Positions 48,897 to 60,220 are shown, counted from the first letter of the whole stretch. The stretch: 63,467 bases of DNA, filler included, from Myxococcota bacterium (GCA_049322255.1; 3 parts of 3 records of this genome joined end to end with filler, not necessarily neighbours in it); one strand, 5' to 3'. Notes: generated by a model not told the origin, from the sequence alone. Numbers and translations: made by a program.

Positions 48897-50285
48897 TTAA
48901 GCTTTCCTCGCCGTGCGCTTGACGAATTTTCCCGCGCCGGTCTTCCCCAGCCACTTGTCTCCCTCGACGATGAGGTTGCCGCGGCTGAACACGTGCGAGG
49001 GCGCTCCCTTGGTCACCCGGCCCTCGTAGGGGTTGTAGTCGACCCGCTGGTGGTGCGTCTTGGCCGACCAGCGAATCTCCTTGTCGGGGTCGAACACCAC
49101 CAGGTCCGCGTCCGAGCCGGGGGCGATGGTGCCCTTCTTGGGGTACATGCCGAACAGCTTGGCCGGCGCGGTGGAGGTGATTTGCACGAAGCGGTTCACG
49201 TCGATGCGGCCTGGGCGCACGCCTCCGTCCCACAAGAGGCTCATGCGCGTCTCCACCCCGGGGGCGCCGTTGGGAATCTTGGCGAAGTTGCCCTTCCCCA
49301 GCTCCTTCTCCTTCATGCAGAACGGGCAGTGGTCGGTGGACACCAAGGCGAGGTCGTCGAGCTCGAGCCCCTTCCACAGGTCTTCCTCGTTGCCCTTGGG
49401 GCGCAGAGGCGGGCTCATCACGTACTTGGAGCCCTCGAAGCCGGGCTCCTCGTAGTTGTCGTGGGAGAGGAAGAGGTACTGGGGGCAGGTCTCGGCGTAG
49501 GCCGCCACGCCGCGGTCGCGCGCTTCGCGGACTTCGGCGAGCGCCTCCTTGGCGGACAGGTGCACGATGTACACCGGCACGCGCGCCACCTCGGCCAGCG
49601 AAATGACCCGGTGGGTCGCCTCTCCCTCCAGCCGCGGCGGCCGGGTCAGCCCGTGCCACTTGGGCGCGGTGTCGCCCCGCGCCAGCGCCTGCTCGATGAG
49701 CACGTCGATCACCGGCCCGTTCTCGGCGTGCATGCAGATGAGCCCGCCGTTCTCCCCCGTCTTCTGCATCGCCCGGAAGATCGACGCGTCGTCGACCAGG
49801 AACACCCCCGGGTAGGCGGTGAAGAGCTTGAAGGACGTCACGCCTTCTTGCTTGACCAGGGTGTCCATCTCCGCCAGCGAGCCCTTGTTCACGTCGCGGA
49901 CGATCATGTGGAAGGCGTAGTCGGTGCAGGCCTTGCCTTCGGCGTTCTTGTGCCACTCGTCGAGGCCGGCCCGGAGCGCCCCCCCCATCGGCTGAATGGC
50001 GAAGTCGACGATGCAGGTGGTGCCGCCGAACGCCGCCGCGCGGGTGCCGGTTTCGAAGTCGTCGGCGCTGCGCGCGCCCCCGAAGGGCATGTCCATGTGC
50101 GTGTGCGGGTCGATGCCGCCGGGGAGCACATACTTGCCGGTGGCGTCGATGGTGCGGTCGACCTGGCCCACCTTGGGTCCCAAGCCCACCCCCACCATCG
50201 TCACCTGCTCGCCCTCGATGAGAACGTCGGCGACGTAGAGGTCGGAGGCGGTGGCGACGGTGCCGTTCTTGATCAGCGTGCGCAT
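48897..50285 (-). CDS. hydA: dihydropyrimidinase
   Basis: PGGIDPHTH, SFK, HAEN, YIVHLS, STDHCPF, IPNG. Confidence 0.93.
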   Translation of the reverse strand: MRTLIKNGTVATASDLYVADVLIEGEQVTMVGVGLGPKVGQVDRTIDATGKYVLPGGIDPHTHMDMPFGGARSADDFETGTRAAAFGGTTCIVDFAIQPMGGALRAGLDEWHKNAEGKACTDYAFHMIVRDVNKGSLAEMDTLVKQEGVTSFKLFTAYPGVFLVDDASIFRAMQKTGENGGLICMHAENGPVIDVLIEQALARGDTAPKWHGLTRPPRLEGEATHRVISLAEVARVPVYIVHLSAKEALAEVREARDRGVAAYAETCPQYLFLSHDNYEEPGFEGSKYVMSPPLRPKGNEEDLWKGLELDDLALVSTDHCPFCMKEKELGKGNFAKIPNGAPGVETRMSLLWDGGVRPGRIDVNRFVQITSTAPAKLFGMYPKKGTIAPGSDADLVVFDPDKEIRWSAKTHHQRVDYNPYEGRVTKGAPSHVFSRGNLIVEGDKWLGKTGAGKFVKRTARKA

Positions 50286-50294
50286 GTCCCCCCC

Positions 50295-51161
50295 TTACGG
50301 AAGCTGCTTCACCATGTCCCCGTAGGTTTCGGGGCGGCGGTCCCGGTAGAACTGCCAGACGCGCCGCACCTCTTCGATCAGCTCGAAGTTCATGTCGGCG
50401 ACGATGAGCTCGTCTTTGTCCTCGCTCCCGGTGGCGAGGAAGTTGCCGCGCGGGTCGACGAAGTAGCTGGTGCCGTAGAACTTGCCGATGTTCCAGGGAG
50501 CTTCGGTGCCCACGCGGTTGATGGCGCCCACGAAGTAGCCGTTGGCCACCGCGTGCGCCGGCTGCTCCAGCTTCCACAAGTACTGCGACAGCCCGGCCAC
50601 GGTGGCGCTGGGGTTGAACACCACCTCGGCGCCGTTGAGCCCGAGCAGGCGCGCTCCTTCGGGGAAATGCCGGTCGTAGCAAATGTACACACCCACCACA
50701 CCGTACTGGGTGCGGAAGGTGGGGTAACCCAAGTTGCCGGGCTTGAAGTAGTACTTCTCCCAAAAGCCGCTCGTCTGCGGGATGTGGTTCTTACGGTACT
50801 TGCCCAGGTACTTGCCGTCGGCGTCGATGACCGCGGCGGTGTTGTAGTAGACGCCCGCCATCTCGCGCTCATAGAGCGGCACCACGATGACCATCGAGTG
50901 CTTCTTGGCGTACTCGGCGAAGAGGTGGGTCAAAGGTCCAGGCACGGCCTCGGCGGCGTCGTACCAGTTGGGCGTCTGCGCCGGGCAGAAGTAGGGGGTG
51001 TTGAAGACCTCCTGCAGACAGAGCATCTGCACCCCTGCCTTGCCCGCCTTCTCCACGAAGGGGAGGGTCTTTTGCAGCATCGCGTCGCAGATTTCCTTGA
51101 CGCTGCCTTCCGACTTGGCGTTCCCGACCTGAATCAGGCCGCCCTTGACGATACGAGCCAT
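50295..51161 (-). CDS. nitrilase-family carbon-nitrogen hydrolase (beta-ureidopropionase-like)
   Basis: LQE, YRKNHIP, ICYDRH catalytic triad; next to hydA. Confidence 0.88.
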   Translation of the reverse strand: MARIVKGGLIQVGNAKSEGSVKEICDAMLQKTLPFVEKAGKAGVQMLCLQEVFNTPYFCPAQTPNWYDAAEAVPGPLTHLFAEYAKKHSMVIVVPLYEREMAGVYYNTAAVIDADGKYLGKYRKNHIPQTSGFWEKYYFKPGNLGYPTFRTQYGVVGVYICYDRHFPEGARLLGLNGAEVVFNPSATVAGLSQYLWKLEQPAHAVANGYFVGAINRVGTEAPWNIGKFYGTSYFVDPRGNFLATGSEDKDELIVADMNFELIEEVRRVWQFYRDRRPETYGDMVKQLP

Positions 51162-51240
51162 TGCGCGCTCCAGTCTCTTCGGGGCTGAAAAACAGCGGGT
51201 CGGACATACCTTTCACGCTCGAAGCGGGTCAAGGAGCCCC

Positions 51241-51900
51241 GTGGCGATCGCCTTCTTCGACTTCGACAAGACGCTGGTGGAGGCGAACACCGCGGCGATG
51301 TGGGTGCGCCGCGAGGTCGTTCAGGGCCACGTGAGCCGCCTGCACGCACTGCGGGCGAGCGTGTGGATGGCCAAGTACCACCTCGGCTTCGTTCAATTCG
51401 AAGACGCCCTCGTCGACGCGCTGTCCACGCTGCGCGGATCGAGCTCCCAGGCGTTGGCCGAACGCACCAAGGACTTTTACGAACGTGAGGTCCGCCACCT
51501 GTACCGGCCGCGTGCCCTCGAGGCGCTCTCCACCCACCGCAGCGCGGGAGACCTGCTGGTACTGCTCACCACCAGCCCCCACTACCTCGCGTCGCTGGTG
51601 GCCGAGGAGCTCGAGCTCGACGGCTACCTCAGCACACGCCTCGAAGTAGGTGATGACGGTCTGCACACCGGGCGCCCGGTCGGCCGCGTCTGCTTCGGGC
51701 GGGGAAAGTTGACGCATGCATCGGCGTATGCCGGCGAGCGGGGAGTGCGGCTGTACTCCTGCTCCTTCTACACCGACTCGTACTCCGACCTGCCGGTGAT
51801 GGAGCAGGTGGGCAACCCGGTGGCGGTGAACCCCGACCTTCGCTTGCGCCGGCACGCCGCGCGCAGAGGCTGGCGGATTGTCGACTGGAGCGCGCGGTAG
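51241..51900 (+). CDS. HAD-IB family hydrolase
   Basis: FFDFDKTL, K, YTDSYSD, VNPD. Confidence 0.9.
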   Translation: MAIAFFDFDKTLVEANTAAMWVRREVVQGHVSRLHALRASVWMAKYHLGFVQFEDALVDALSTLRGSSSQALAERTKDFYEREVRHLYRPRALEALSTHRSAGDLLVLLTTSPHYLASLVAEELELDGYLSTRLEVGDDGLHTGRPVGRVCFGRGKLTHASAYAGERGVRLYSCSFYTDSYSDLPVMEQVGNPVAVNPDLRLRRHAARRGWRIVDWSAR

Positions 51901-51910
51901 GCTGACGCAC

Positions 51911-52294
51911 TCAGGCCAAGATGAGGGGAATGCCAGCATCGCGCATGAGCGCGAAATCGGTGTCGCAGGTCAAAAGCGGCACCGAATGGGCCAGCACGCA
52001 CGTCGCGATCAACAAGTCGAGCGTCTTGACAACGGTCCCCATCCGAGCGAGCGCATATCCCAACTCTCCAGCCTCCTCCCACAGTGCCGCGGGTTGATCG
52101 AGGAAGTGGCAACCGCCGAGCAGCGGCAAGACCTTCCGCCTCTCCATGGCCGACCGAATTCCGCGCCGCAGCTCAGTGACGACTGGGCCACACAGAGCGA
52201 CCTCATTCGAAGCCAACAGATCCTCAACCCGGTCGGCGACAGGAGCTTTACCTCGGAAGAACTCCCCCCAAGCGGAGGTGTCCACGAGAATCAT
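51911..52294 (-). CDS. PIN-domain toxin (VapC family)
   Basis: ILVDTSAW, TEL, DLLIA, LTCDTDF. Confidence 0.92.
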   Translation of the reverse strand: MILVDTSAWGEFFRGKAPVADRVEDLLASNEVALCGPVVTELRRGIRSAMERRKVLPLLGGCHFLDQPAALWEEAGELGYALARMGTVVKTLDLLIATCVLAHSVPLLTCDTDFALMRDAGIPLILA

Positions 52295-52497
52295 TGACGC
52301 GTCGCCTCGAGATCGAGGTCGAAATGAATCTTGCCCTTGAGCCGGCGAAGCGCTGAACGCTGGGCACGGTGCTCGAGCTCCTTGAGGCCCTCGATGATGG
52401 TCGGGGTGATCCCCGAGCCCGTGACGTGAAGCGCACGTTCCAGCAGCGCTTCAGGAAGAACCACGGTGACTTTCTTGCTCTTGGAGGTCTTCGCCAT
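52291..52497 (-). CDS. VapB-type antitoxin
   Basis: KVTVVLPEALLERA..DLEATR; overlaps the vapC start. Confidence 0.8.
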   Translation of the reverse strand: MAKTSKSKKVTVVLPEALLERALHVTGSGITPTIIEGLKELEHRAQRSALRRLKGKIHFDLDLEATRQ

Positions 52498-52621
52498 CGG
52501 TGTCGTAAGGTATACCTGCTGGCAATTGCTGGTCAATTTGCTGGCTTGCGATGGGGGGTTCCTGACCCACAGCCCCGTGCTCAGCTTCACCCATCGTGGA
52601 CGGGCACGTGTTGAGCTGGGT

Positions 52622-52721
52622 NNNNNNNNNNNNNNNNNNNNNNNNNNNNNNNNNNNNNNNNNNNNTTAATTAATTAANNNNNNNNNNNNNNNNNNNNNNN
52701 NNNNNNNNNNNNNNNNNNNNN
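52622..52721. other. assembly gap with artificial TTAATTAATTAA linker
   Basis: N run, linker at 52666-52677. Confidence 0.98.
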
Positions 52722-52807
52722 CATCGTGCGGCCGACTCTATCCTTCCTTGATTGGGAAAAGCTGGTCGCTATAGTCCGCGCGCGAATCTTCCTTTCGGAG
52801 CCTTTCG

Positions 52808-53890
52808 ATGCCGCGGCAGACCCCGCTCAACGCCGCCCACAAGAAGCTGGGCGCTCGGATGGTCGACTTCGCCGGCTGGGAGATGCCCGTGCAGTACAGC
52901 TCGGTGATTTCCGAGCACGAGGCGGTGCGCAACGCCGCCGGGCTGTTCGACGTTTCGCACATGGGGGAGATCGAGCTCGTGGGCAAGGGCGCGCTGGCGG
53001 CCGCCAACCGCCTCATCACCAACGACCTGGAGCACATCGCCGACGGACAAGCGGTCTACGCGGGGCTGTTGAACGAGCAGGGTGGCTTCGTGGACGACGT
53101 GGTCGCTTACCGTTTCTCGCCCGAGCACATCTTCATCTGTGTCAACGCCTCGAACCGCGAGAAAGACTTCGCGTGGATGCAAAAGCACGCGAAAACGGTC
53201 GCTCCGCAGAACGTGAGCGACGAGTGGGCCCAGCTTGCGGTGCAAGGACCGAAGGCGCCATCGATTGTGGGGCGCCTCGCCGCCGTCGACGTGTCCGGAG
53301 TCGGCACTTACCGCTTCACCACCGGGAAGGTGGCCGGGGTGGAGTGCATCATCTCCCGCACCGGGTACACGGGGGAGGACGGCTTCGAGCTCTACTGTCC
53401 TCCGGGGGAGGCCGAGCGGCTGTGGTTTGCCCTCCTCGAGGAAGGCAAGCGCGATGGATTGGTGCCCGCGGGCCTGGGCGCGCGCGACTCTTTGCGCACC
53501 GAGATGAAGTACGCGCTCTACGGCAACGACATCGACGACACCCACACCCCGCTGGAGGCGGGGCTGGGCTGGATCGTCAAGTGGGACAAGGCGGACTTCG
53601 TGGGCAAAGAGGCCCTGGCGAAGCAGAAGGCGGAAGGGGTGCGGCGCAAGCTGGTCGGCTTCGTGCTCACCGAGAGCGGCATTCCACGGCCGCACTACCC
53701 GATCCTCAAAGACGGGAAGCAGGTGGGCGAGGTGACCTCGGGCACGATGGGGCCGTCGGTGAAGAAGGCGATCGGCATCGGCTACGTGCCCACCGAGCTT
53801 TCCACCGAGGGCAGCACCTTCCACGTCGAGATTCGCGGCCGGCCGGTGGCGGCCCAGGTGGTGAAGACCCCGTTCTGGAAGAGGACCTAA
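52808..53890 (+). CDS. gcvT: glycine cleavage aminomethyltransferase T
   Basis: FAGWEMPVQY, FDVSHMG, RTGYTGEDGFE, GLGARDSLR. Confidence 0.97.
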   Translation: MPRQTPLNAAHKKLGARMVDFAGWEMPVQYSSVISEHEAVRNAAGLFDVSHMGEIELVGKGALAAANRLITNDLEHIADGQAVYAGLLNEQGGFVDDVVAYRFSPEHIFICVNASNREKDFAWMQKHAKTVAPQNVSDEWAQLAVQGPKAPSIVGRLAAVDVSGVGTYRFTTGKVAGVECIISRTGYTGEDGFELYCPPGEAERLWFALLEEGKRDGLVPAGLGARDSLRTEMKYALYGNDIDDTHTPLEAGLGWIVKWDKADFVGKEALAKQKAEGVRRKLVGFVLTESGIPRPHYPILKDGKQVGEVTSGTMGPSVKKAIGIGYVPTELSTEGSTFHVEIRGRPVAAQVVKTPFWKRT

Positions 53891-53895
53891 AAGCG

Positions 53896-54285
53896 ATGGC
53901 TGACTACCCGAAGAACCTCAAGTACACCAAAGACCACGAGTGGGCGCGCAAGCAAGGCAGCCTCGTCGTGGTGGGCGTCACCTTCCACGCGCAGGAGTCG
54001 CTGGGCGACGTGGTCTACGTCGAGCTGCCGAAGGTGGGAGACAAAGTCACCGCCGGGAAGTCGTTCGGAGTGATCGAGTCGACCAAGGCAGTGAGCGAGC
54101 TGTTCTCGCCCGTCTCGGGCACGGTGGTGAAGGTGAACGACGCGCTCGCCGACAGCCCGCAGACGATTAACCAGGACCCTTACCAGGCAGGGTGGATCGT
54201 CGAGGTCGAGCCCTCGCAGCCGGGCGAATACGACGGCCTTTTGGACGCGGCGGCATACGAGAAGCTGCTCGAAGGGGCGAAGTAA
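53896..54285 (+). CDS. gcvH: glycine cleavage H protein
   Basis: YTKDHEW, LGDVVYVELP, IESTKAVSE (lipoyl Lys), NQDPY..GW. Confidence 0.96.
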   Translation: MADYPKNLKYTKDHEWARKQGSLVVVGVTFHAQESLGDVVYVELPKVGDKVTAGKSFGVIESTKAVSELFSPVSGTVVKVNDALADSPQTINQDPYQAGWIVEVEPSQPGEYDGLLDAAAYEKLLEGAK

Positions 54286-54295
54286 AAAGCGCGCG

Positions 54296-55249
54296 TTACT
54301 TCGCCAGCTCGAAGATCGCTCCGTACACCCCGCGCACCACCTTCGCCATGCGCTCGTAGTCGAGCGTCGCGGGGGTGTCGCTCGCCTGGTGATAGTGGGG
54401 GTTCCGGTAGAAAGCCGTGTCGGTGAGCATCAGGGCGGGGTAGCCAAGGTTCCAGAAGCTCCGGTGGTCGGAAAAATCGACTCCGGGAATGAAACGGGGA
54501 GCGTTGATCGACTGCACGTCGAGCCCGGGAGCAGCCCCGCGCATCGCGCCCTTCACCGCCCGCACCAGCATGGGCGAGCCGAAGTCACCGACCACCGCGA
54601 TGAAGCCGCCGTGGGAAGGATAGAGGGGGCGTAGCACCGTCGCCGGCAGTTTTTGGCTGTCGGGCGTGTCGGTGAAAAAACCAATCATCTCGAGCGAGAA
54701 CATCGCCCTCACCTCGGAGCCGGCGTGCCGCAGCGTCTGTGCGTGCAGGCGGCTCCCGTCCAGCCCGTACTCTTCGAGCACGTACGCGGCCAGCTCCACG
54801 TGCATCGACGGCGGCGAAGCGCCCAAAAGCTGCGCCAGCTCCAACAGCCCCGCCACCCCGCTGGCGTTGTCATCGGCTCCTGGGAGCGGCCCGCGCGCGT
54901 CGTAGTGGGCTCCCACCACCAGCCGCGACGCTGTGGCAGGGCCGAAGTCGGCGAAGACGTTGCGGAAGGTTTTGCCTTCGCGGGTGAAGGTCTGCTCCCG
55001 CACCTTGCCGCCCGCCGCGGCGAGCTTTGCGCGTAAGAATTCCGCCACCCGCTCGAGGTTCTCGTGGTGCTGAAGATCTCGCGGCGAGAGCTCCCCCGAG
55101 AGCTTTTCCACCACCGCACGAAGCCGCGCCGGGTCGGCGGCAGGCGCTTCACCGCCAATGGCCCCGACGAAGGGCTGGGTGAGGTGAAAGGCGACACCCG
55201 CGGCCAAGGCCAAAAACACCGCCAGCACCAGGAGCGCCATGCGTCGCAC
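54296..55249 (-). CDS. M28 family peptidase
   Basis: VGAHYD, GADDNASG, EE, SDH, YH. Confidence 0.9.
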   Translation of the reverse strand: MRRMALLVLAVFLALAAGVAFHLTQPFVGAIGGEAPAADPARLRAVVEKLSGELSPRDLQHHENLERVAEFLRAKLAAAGGKVREQTFTREGKTFRNVFADFGPATASRLVVGAHYDARGPLPGADDNASGVAGLLELAQLLGASPPSMHVELAAYVLEEYGLDGSRLHAQTLRHAGSEVRAMFSLEMIGFFTDTPDSQKLPATVLRPLYPSHGGFIAVVGDFGSPMLVRAVKGAMRGAAPGLDVQSINAPRFIPGVDFSDHRSFWNLGYPALMLTDTAFYRNPHYHQASDTPATLDYERMAKVVRGVYGAIFELAK

Positions 55250-55433
55250 GACTAAGGCGCGTCCGCGTCAGCGCAGAAGACTGTCTCGGTGCGCTCACCG
55301 AGGGAGGTCAAGAGCACACGTCTCATGCGACCTCTGATAGCTCAACTGGGCCGGCCGTTCCAAGCTCTCCCCCTCGGCCGCCGGCCAGATTTTCGTTCCC
55401 GCCTCGAGCGGCGGCGTTATAGACGGTCGCTCC

Positions 55434-58307
55434 ATGGGCGTCGATCTCGACTACACTGACACGTTTCCCCGTCGCCACCTCGGCCCCGAAGCCCGGGAGA
55501 TTGCCGAGATGCTCCGCGCGCTCGACTGCCGCTCGCTCGACGAGCTGGTCGAGTCTGCCGTGCCCGCGCGGATTCGCACCCAGCGGCCCTTGCAGTTGCC
55601 CAAGGCGGTGGGCGAGCACGAGCTGCTCGAGGAGCTGGAATCGATCGCCCACAAGAACCAAGTGTTCCGCTCCTTCATCGGCATGGGTTACCACGACACC
55701 ATCGTGCCGGGGGTGATTCGCCGCAACATCCTCGAGAACCCGGGCTGGTACACCCAGTACACGCCGTACCAGGCGGAGATCTCCCAGGGGCGGCTGGAGG
55801 CGCTGCTCAACTTCCAGACGATGATCTCCGACCTCACCGGGCTGGAGATCGCCAATGCCTCGTTGCTCGACGAAGGCACCGCGGCCGCGGAGGCGATGGC
55901 GATGGTGCACGCGATCAAAGGCAGCGCGATGGGCAACGTCTTCTTCGTCTCCCACGAGTGCCACCCGCAGACCATCGACGTCGTGCGCACCCGCGCCCGT
56001 CCCCTGGGCTGGGAAGTGATCGTCGGCGACCATCGGACCTTCGACTTCAAGCGGCAGGTCTTCGGGGTGCTGGTGCAGTATCCGGCGACCGATGGCTCCC
56101 TTCACGACTACCGCGGGTTCTTCGAAAAGGCGCACGCGCACGGAGCCCTGACCGTCGTGGCGGCCGACCCGCTGGCGCTGACGGTGCTCACTCCGCCAGG
56201 AGAGCTGGGCGCGGATGTCGCGGTGGGCAGCATGCAGCGCTTCGGCGTGCCGATGGGCTACGGGGGGCCGCACGCCGCCTACTTTGCCACCCGCTCGCAG
56301 CACGCGCGTCACATGCCTGGCCGCATCATCGGCGTCACCGAAGATGCCCGTGGAAAGATGGCGCTGCGCATGGCGCTGCAGACGCGCGAGCAGCACATTC
56401 GCCGTGAGAAGGCGACCAGCAACATCTGCACCGCGCAGGTGCTCTTGGCGGTGATGGCGGGGATGTACGCCGTCTACCACGGGCCGCAAGGGCTCAAGGC
56501 CATCGCCCTTCGCGTGCACGGTCTGGCTTCGGCGCTGGCGCTGGGTTTGACCCGCCTTGGATACGCCCCCAAGCACGGGCAGTTCTTCGACACCCTGCGC
56601 GTGGAGACCACCCGCGAGCGCGCTGACCAGCTCGTCGCTGCCGCCGCGGCCCGCCGCATGAATTTTCGTCGCCTGGACGAGACGGCGCTGGGCCTTGCGC
56701 TCGACGAGACGACCTCGGCCGCCGACTTGGAGAACGTGCTCGCGGTCTTCGCCGGTGGGCGGGCGATGGACGTCACGCTGCAAAAGCTCGCGCAGGATGC
56801 GGGTGAAAACCTGCCGGCCGGTTTGCGGCGCACGAGCGCCTTTTTGACCCACCCGGTTTTCAACAAGTACCACTCAGAAACCGAGATGCTCCGGTACATC
56901 CGGATGCTCGAGAGTCGCGATCTGTCGCTGACGCATTCGATGATTCCGCTCGGCTCATGCACGATGAAGCTCAACGCCACCACCGAGATGTTGCCGGTGA
57001 CCTGGCCGCAGTTTGGCCGGCTGCACCCCTTCGCGCCGCGGGCACAGGCTGCTGGGTACGAAATCATCTTCAAGCAGCTGGAGGCGATGCTCGCCGACAT
57101 CACCGGCTTCGCTGCCGTGTCGTTGCAGCCCAACGCCGGCTCGCAAGGAGAGTACACCGGGCTTTTGGTCATTCGCGCCTACCACGAGAGCCGCGGCCAA
57201 GCGCACCGCGACGTGGTGCTGATTCCGCAGTCGGCGCATGGCACCAACCCGGCGAGCGCAGTGATGGCCGGCTACCAGGTGGTGGTGGTGAAGACCGACG
57301 CCGCCGGCAACATCGACGTCGGCGACTTGAAGGGCAAGGCGGCCGAGCACAAAGAGAAGCTCGCCGCGCTGATGGTCACCTATCCGTCCACGCACGGGGT
57401 CTTCGAGGAAGAAATCAAAGAAATCTGCGACGTCGTCCACGCCCACGGTGGGCAGGTGTACATGGACGGCGCGAACATGAACGCGCAGGTCGGTCTCATT
57501 CGGCCTGGAGAGATCGGCGCCGACGTCTGTCATTTGAACCTGCACAAGACGTTCTGCATCCCCCACGGGGGCGGAGGCCCGGGCATGGGGCCGATCGGCG
57601 TCGCGCCGCACCTGGCGGCGTTCTTGCCTCGTCACCCGGTGGTGGCCACCGGAGGGGAGAAGGGCATCGGCGCCGTCTCGGCCGCGCCGTGGGGAAGCGC
57701 GAGCATCCTCCTCATTTCCTGGGTGTACATCCGTCTGATGGGCGCCGAGGGTTTGAAGCGCGCGACCGAGGTCGCCATCCTCAACGCCAACTACGTCGCT
57801 CGCCGGCTCGAGGCCCAATTCCCGGTTCTCTACAAGGGGAAAAAGGGCAGGGTGGCGCACGAGTGCATCCTCGATGTGCGGCACCTCAAGAAGACTGCGG
57901 GCGTCGAGGTGGAGGACGTGGCCAAGCGCTTGATGGACTACGGCTACCACGCGCCCACCATCTCTTTCCCCGTGTCGGGCACGGTGATGATCGAGCCGAC
58001 GGAGAGCGAGTCTTTGGCCGAGCTCGACCGTTTCATCGAAGCGATGACCTCGATTCGCGCCGAGATTCGGGAGATCGAAGAGGGCAAGGTGAGTCGGGAG
58101 AACAACCTGCTCAAGAACGCCCCCCACACCGCTGACGTGGTGACCGCCGACGAGTGGAGCCGGCCGTACGCTCGCTCGCGCGCGGCATTTCCCACCGAGC
58201 ACACCCGGCGATACAAGTTCTGGCCCTCGGTGGCGCGGGTGAACAACGTGCTCGGTGACCGCCGGCTCGTTTGCGCCTGTCCTCCGATCGAGGCCTACGC
58301 GGCGTGA
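55434..58307 (+). CDS. gcvP: glycine dehydrogenase (decarboxylating) P protein
   Basis: [46 protein letters not shown]. Confidence 0.98.
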   Translation: MGVDLDYTDTFPRRHLGPEAREIAEMLRALDCRSLDELVESAVPARIRTQRPLQLPKAVGEHELLEELESIAHKNQVFRSFIGMGYHDTIVPGVIRRNILENPGWYTQYTPYQAEISQGRLEALLNFQTMISDLTGLEIANASLLDEGTAAAEAMAMVHAIKGSAMGNVFFVSHECHPQTIDVVRTRARPLGWEVIVGDHRTFDFKRQVFGVLVQYPATDGSLHDYRGFFEKAHAHGALTVVAADPLALTVLTPPGELGADVAVGSMQRFGVPMGYGGPHAAYFATRSQHARHMPGRIIGVTEDARGKMALRMALQTREQHIRREKATSNICTAQVLLAVMAGMYAVYHGPQGLKAIALRVHGLASALALGLTRLGYAPKHGQFFDTLRVETTRERADQLVAAAAARRMNFRRLDETALGLALDETTSAADLENVLAVFAGGRAMDVTLQKLAQDAGENLPAGLRRTSAFLTHPVFNKYHSETEMLRYIRMLESRDLSLTHSMIPLGSCTMKLNATTEMLPVTWPQFGRLHPFAPRAQAAGYEIIFKQLEAMLADITGFAAVSLQPNAGSQGEYTGLLVIRAYHESRGQAHRDVVLIPQSAHGTNPASAVMAGYQVVVVKTDAAGNIDVGDLKGKAAEHKEKLAALMVTYPSTHGVFEEEIKEICDVVHAHGGQVYMDGANMNAQVGLIRPGEIGADVCHLNLHKTFCIPHGGGGPGMGPIGVAPHLAAFLPRHPVVATGGEKGIGAVSAAPWGSASILLISWVYIRLMGAEGLKRATEVAILNANYVARRLEAQFPVLYKGKKGRVAHECILDVRHLKKTAGVEVEDVAKRLMDYGYHAPTISFPVSGTVMIEPTESESLAELDRFIEAMTSIRAEIREIEEGKVSRENNLLKNAPHTADVVTADEWSRPYARSRAAFPTEHTRRYKFWPSVARVNNVLGDRRLVCACPPIEAYAA

Positions 58308-59317
58308 TCGAAGCGGCCCCTATCGTCGCGCTGCTTCTGTCCGCCTCGCCGGCGAAGCCTTTCGCCTGGGAAATGCTCGAGCTTTCGGCGCCGGTGAGGC
58401 AGGTGCTGAAGAGCGGGAAGCTGGAAGCGACCCCCAAGGGATTTCGGATCATCGCTCTATCGCATCTGGCCGACGGGTGTGCGGAGCAGGGGGTGCGCTC
58501 ACCGAAGCTCCGCGCCGCGGCGGTCGCATGCGTCGAGCGGGCCTTCGAGCTCGCCAAGAAGGAGCAGCCGTCGAAGTCCCCATTGGCCGAAGAGCCTCAG
58601 GGGCTGTGGCTCAGTCATTTGAACCTCATCCTCGGGGCGCGTGACCGCTTGGGAGGATGCGCAGACGCGGCGTTGCACGCGGCCATCGCGCGCACGCTCT
58701 TGGAGCGATCGTTGGTGGATTCCACACGGCACGTCGCGTCCTACTCGAATCAGAATTTTCGCTGGCCGGCGGATCAGGCGGCGACGCTTGCGAGCCTCGC
58801 CCGCTACGACCGTGGCCACGGGACGACGCTCCATGCCGAACCGTTTCTTGCCTGGCGCCAGTGGGTGGAGCGACACGCGTTCGACGACGAGCTGGGGTTG
58901 CCGTGGTCCGAAGCGACGGGCAAGGCGAAAGGCGCGCGTCATCCGAGGGGGTGCGCGCAATCGTTCAGCGCCCGCTACCTGGCCGAGGTCGACCCGGCGC
59001 TCGCCTCCCGGTGGTGGAGCGCCTACAAGAAGAGCTACTTCGTCTCCCTGGGGCCGGGGGTTGGTTTTCGTGAGTGGCCCCCAGGCGTCGATCTCCCGGC
59101 GGATGTAGACAGTGGGCCGATCGTCGTTGGCGTAGGCGCAGCCGCCAGCGCGCTCGCTATTTCTGGGGCCCGCGCGATGGGCGAGGAGGAGCTGGCGACG
59201 AAGCTCGAGACCGCCGCCGAGCTTGCCGCTGACCTGGTTCCCAGCGAGGTGAGCCGCTCATCCCTCGCGGCTGCCATTCGATTTCAGGCTCGCTGGCAAC
59301 CGTCGGCGGTGCGATAG
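58304..59317 (+). CDS. hypothetical alpha/alpha-barrel protein (linalool dehydratase-like C-terminal region)
   Basis: WPAD, GFRE..DVDSGP motifs; GTGA overlap with gcvP. Confidence 0.5.
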   Translation: MIEAAPIVALLLSASPAKPFAWEMLELSAPVRQVLKSGKLEATPKGFRIIALSHLADGCAEQGVRSPKLRAAAVACVERAFELAKKEQPSKSPLAEEPQGLWLSHLNLILGARDRLGGCADAALHAAIARTLLERSLVDSTRHVASYSNQNFRWPADQAATLASLARYDRGHGTTLHAEPFLAWRQWVERHAFDDELGLPWSEATGKAKGARHPRGCAQSFSARYLAEVDPALASRWWSAYKKSYFVSLGPGVGFREWPPGVDLPADVDSGPIVVGVGAAASALAISGARAMGEEELATKLETAAELAADLVPSEVSRSSLAAAIRFQARWQPSAVR

Positions 59318-60202
59318 CGCACGGCCGGCAGGCTCGACGTGCACCACGACATCGACCACTTCGGGAAAGCGGGCGCACAAGGCCCTTTCGACCTCGTCGG
59401 CCACTGAGTGAGCCTGAGCGGTGGTGAGCGCCGGGTCGACCTCGATTTTGAGATCCACGTAGACCGAGCCCTCCATGCCGCGACTGCGCACGTCTTTCAC
59501 CCGCCGCACGCCCTCGACCGCGGCGCTGACGGTGGACACCGTGGCGGGATCGAGGCGTGCGCTGTCCGAGAGGATGGCCACCGCCTGCCGCACGATGCCG
59601 TAGGCGACGAAGGCCACGAAGCCCATGACCAAGAGGGCGACGGCGCCGTCGGCCCGCGGCACCCCCAGCCAAACGAGCACGAGCGAGGAGAGCACCGCCA
59701 GGGTGACGAAGACGTCGGAGAGCGTATGGCGCGCATCGGCCAAAAGAAGCGGGCTCTTGAGCTTTTCTCCGAGGCGGCGCTCCACCATGGTGACGATCAA
59801 GTTGACCACCAGGGTGCCCACCATCACCGCCGCCATCTGGGGACCCACGTCGGGGTGGCGGTCGTGCACCAGCGCGTCGATCGCCATTCTCCCCAGCTCG
59901 AGCATGCCGATGCCCACCATGGCGCCGATGGCCAGCGAGGCGAGCGCCTCGAACTTGCCGTGCCCGTAGGGGTGGTCGTCGTCCGCGGGGCGGGAGGCGA
60001 TGGACATGGCGACCAGGCCGATCACGTTCGAGCTGCCGTCGATGAACGAGTGCAGCCCGTCGGCGGTCACCGCAGCCGAGCGCGCCCACAGGCCCACCGC
60101 CAGCTTGGCCGCCGCCACCACCCAGTTGGCGACGAGGATCGAGGCGAGCACCCGCCGGACAGCGGAGTTTCGTTCCACGCGGCTGGAGGCGAGATCGATC
60201 AC
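59258..60202 (-). CDS. cation diffusion facilitator family transporter
   Basis: ADGLHSFID, HPYGHGKFE, DARHTLSD, VHVEP. Confidence 0.94.
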   Translation of the reverse strand: MIDLASSRVERNSAVRRVLASILVANWVVAAAKLAVGLWARSAAVTADGLHSFIDGSSNVIGLVAMSIASRPADDDHPYGHGKFEALASLAIGAMVGIGMLELGRMAIDALVHDRHPDVGPQMAAVMVGTLVVNLIVTMVERRLGEKLKSPLLLADARHTLSDVFVTLAVLSSLVLVWLGVPRADGAVALLVMGFVAFVAYGIVRQAVAILSDSARLDPATVSTVSAAVEGVRRVKDVRSRGMEGSVYVDLKIEVDPALTTAQAHSVADEVERALCARFPEVVDVVVHVEPAGRALSHRRRLPASLKSNGSREG

Positions 60203-60220
60203 GCGTCAGAAAGTACGCGC

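Noticed and set aside
48892..50763. Apparent 1142-aa fusion to the NCS1 transporter
   Set aside because: The upstream part is an off-frame reading of hydA and the nitrilase gene
52722..52807. Glycine riboswitch upstream of gcvT
   Set aside because: No aptamer motifs in the 86 nt available; the region is cut by the gap
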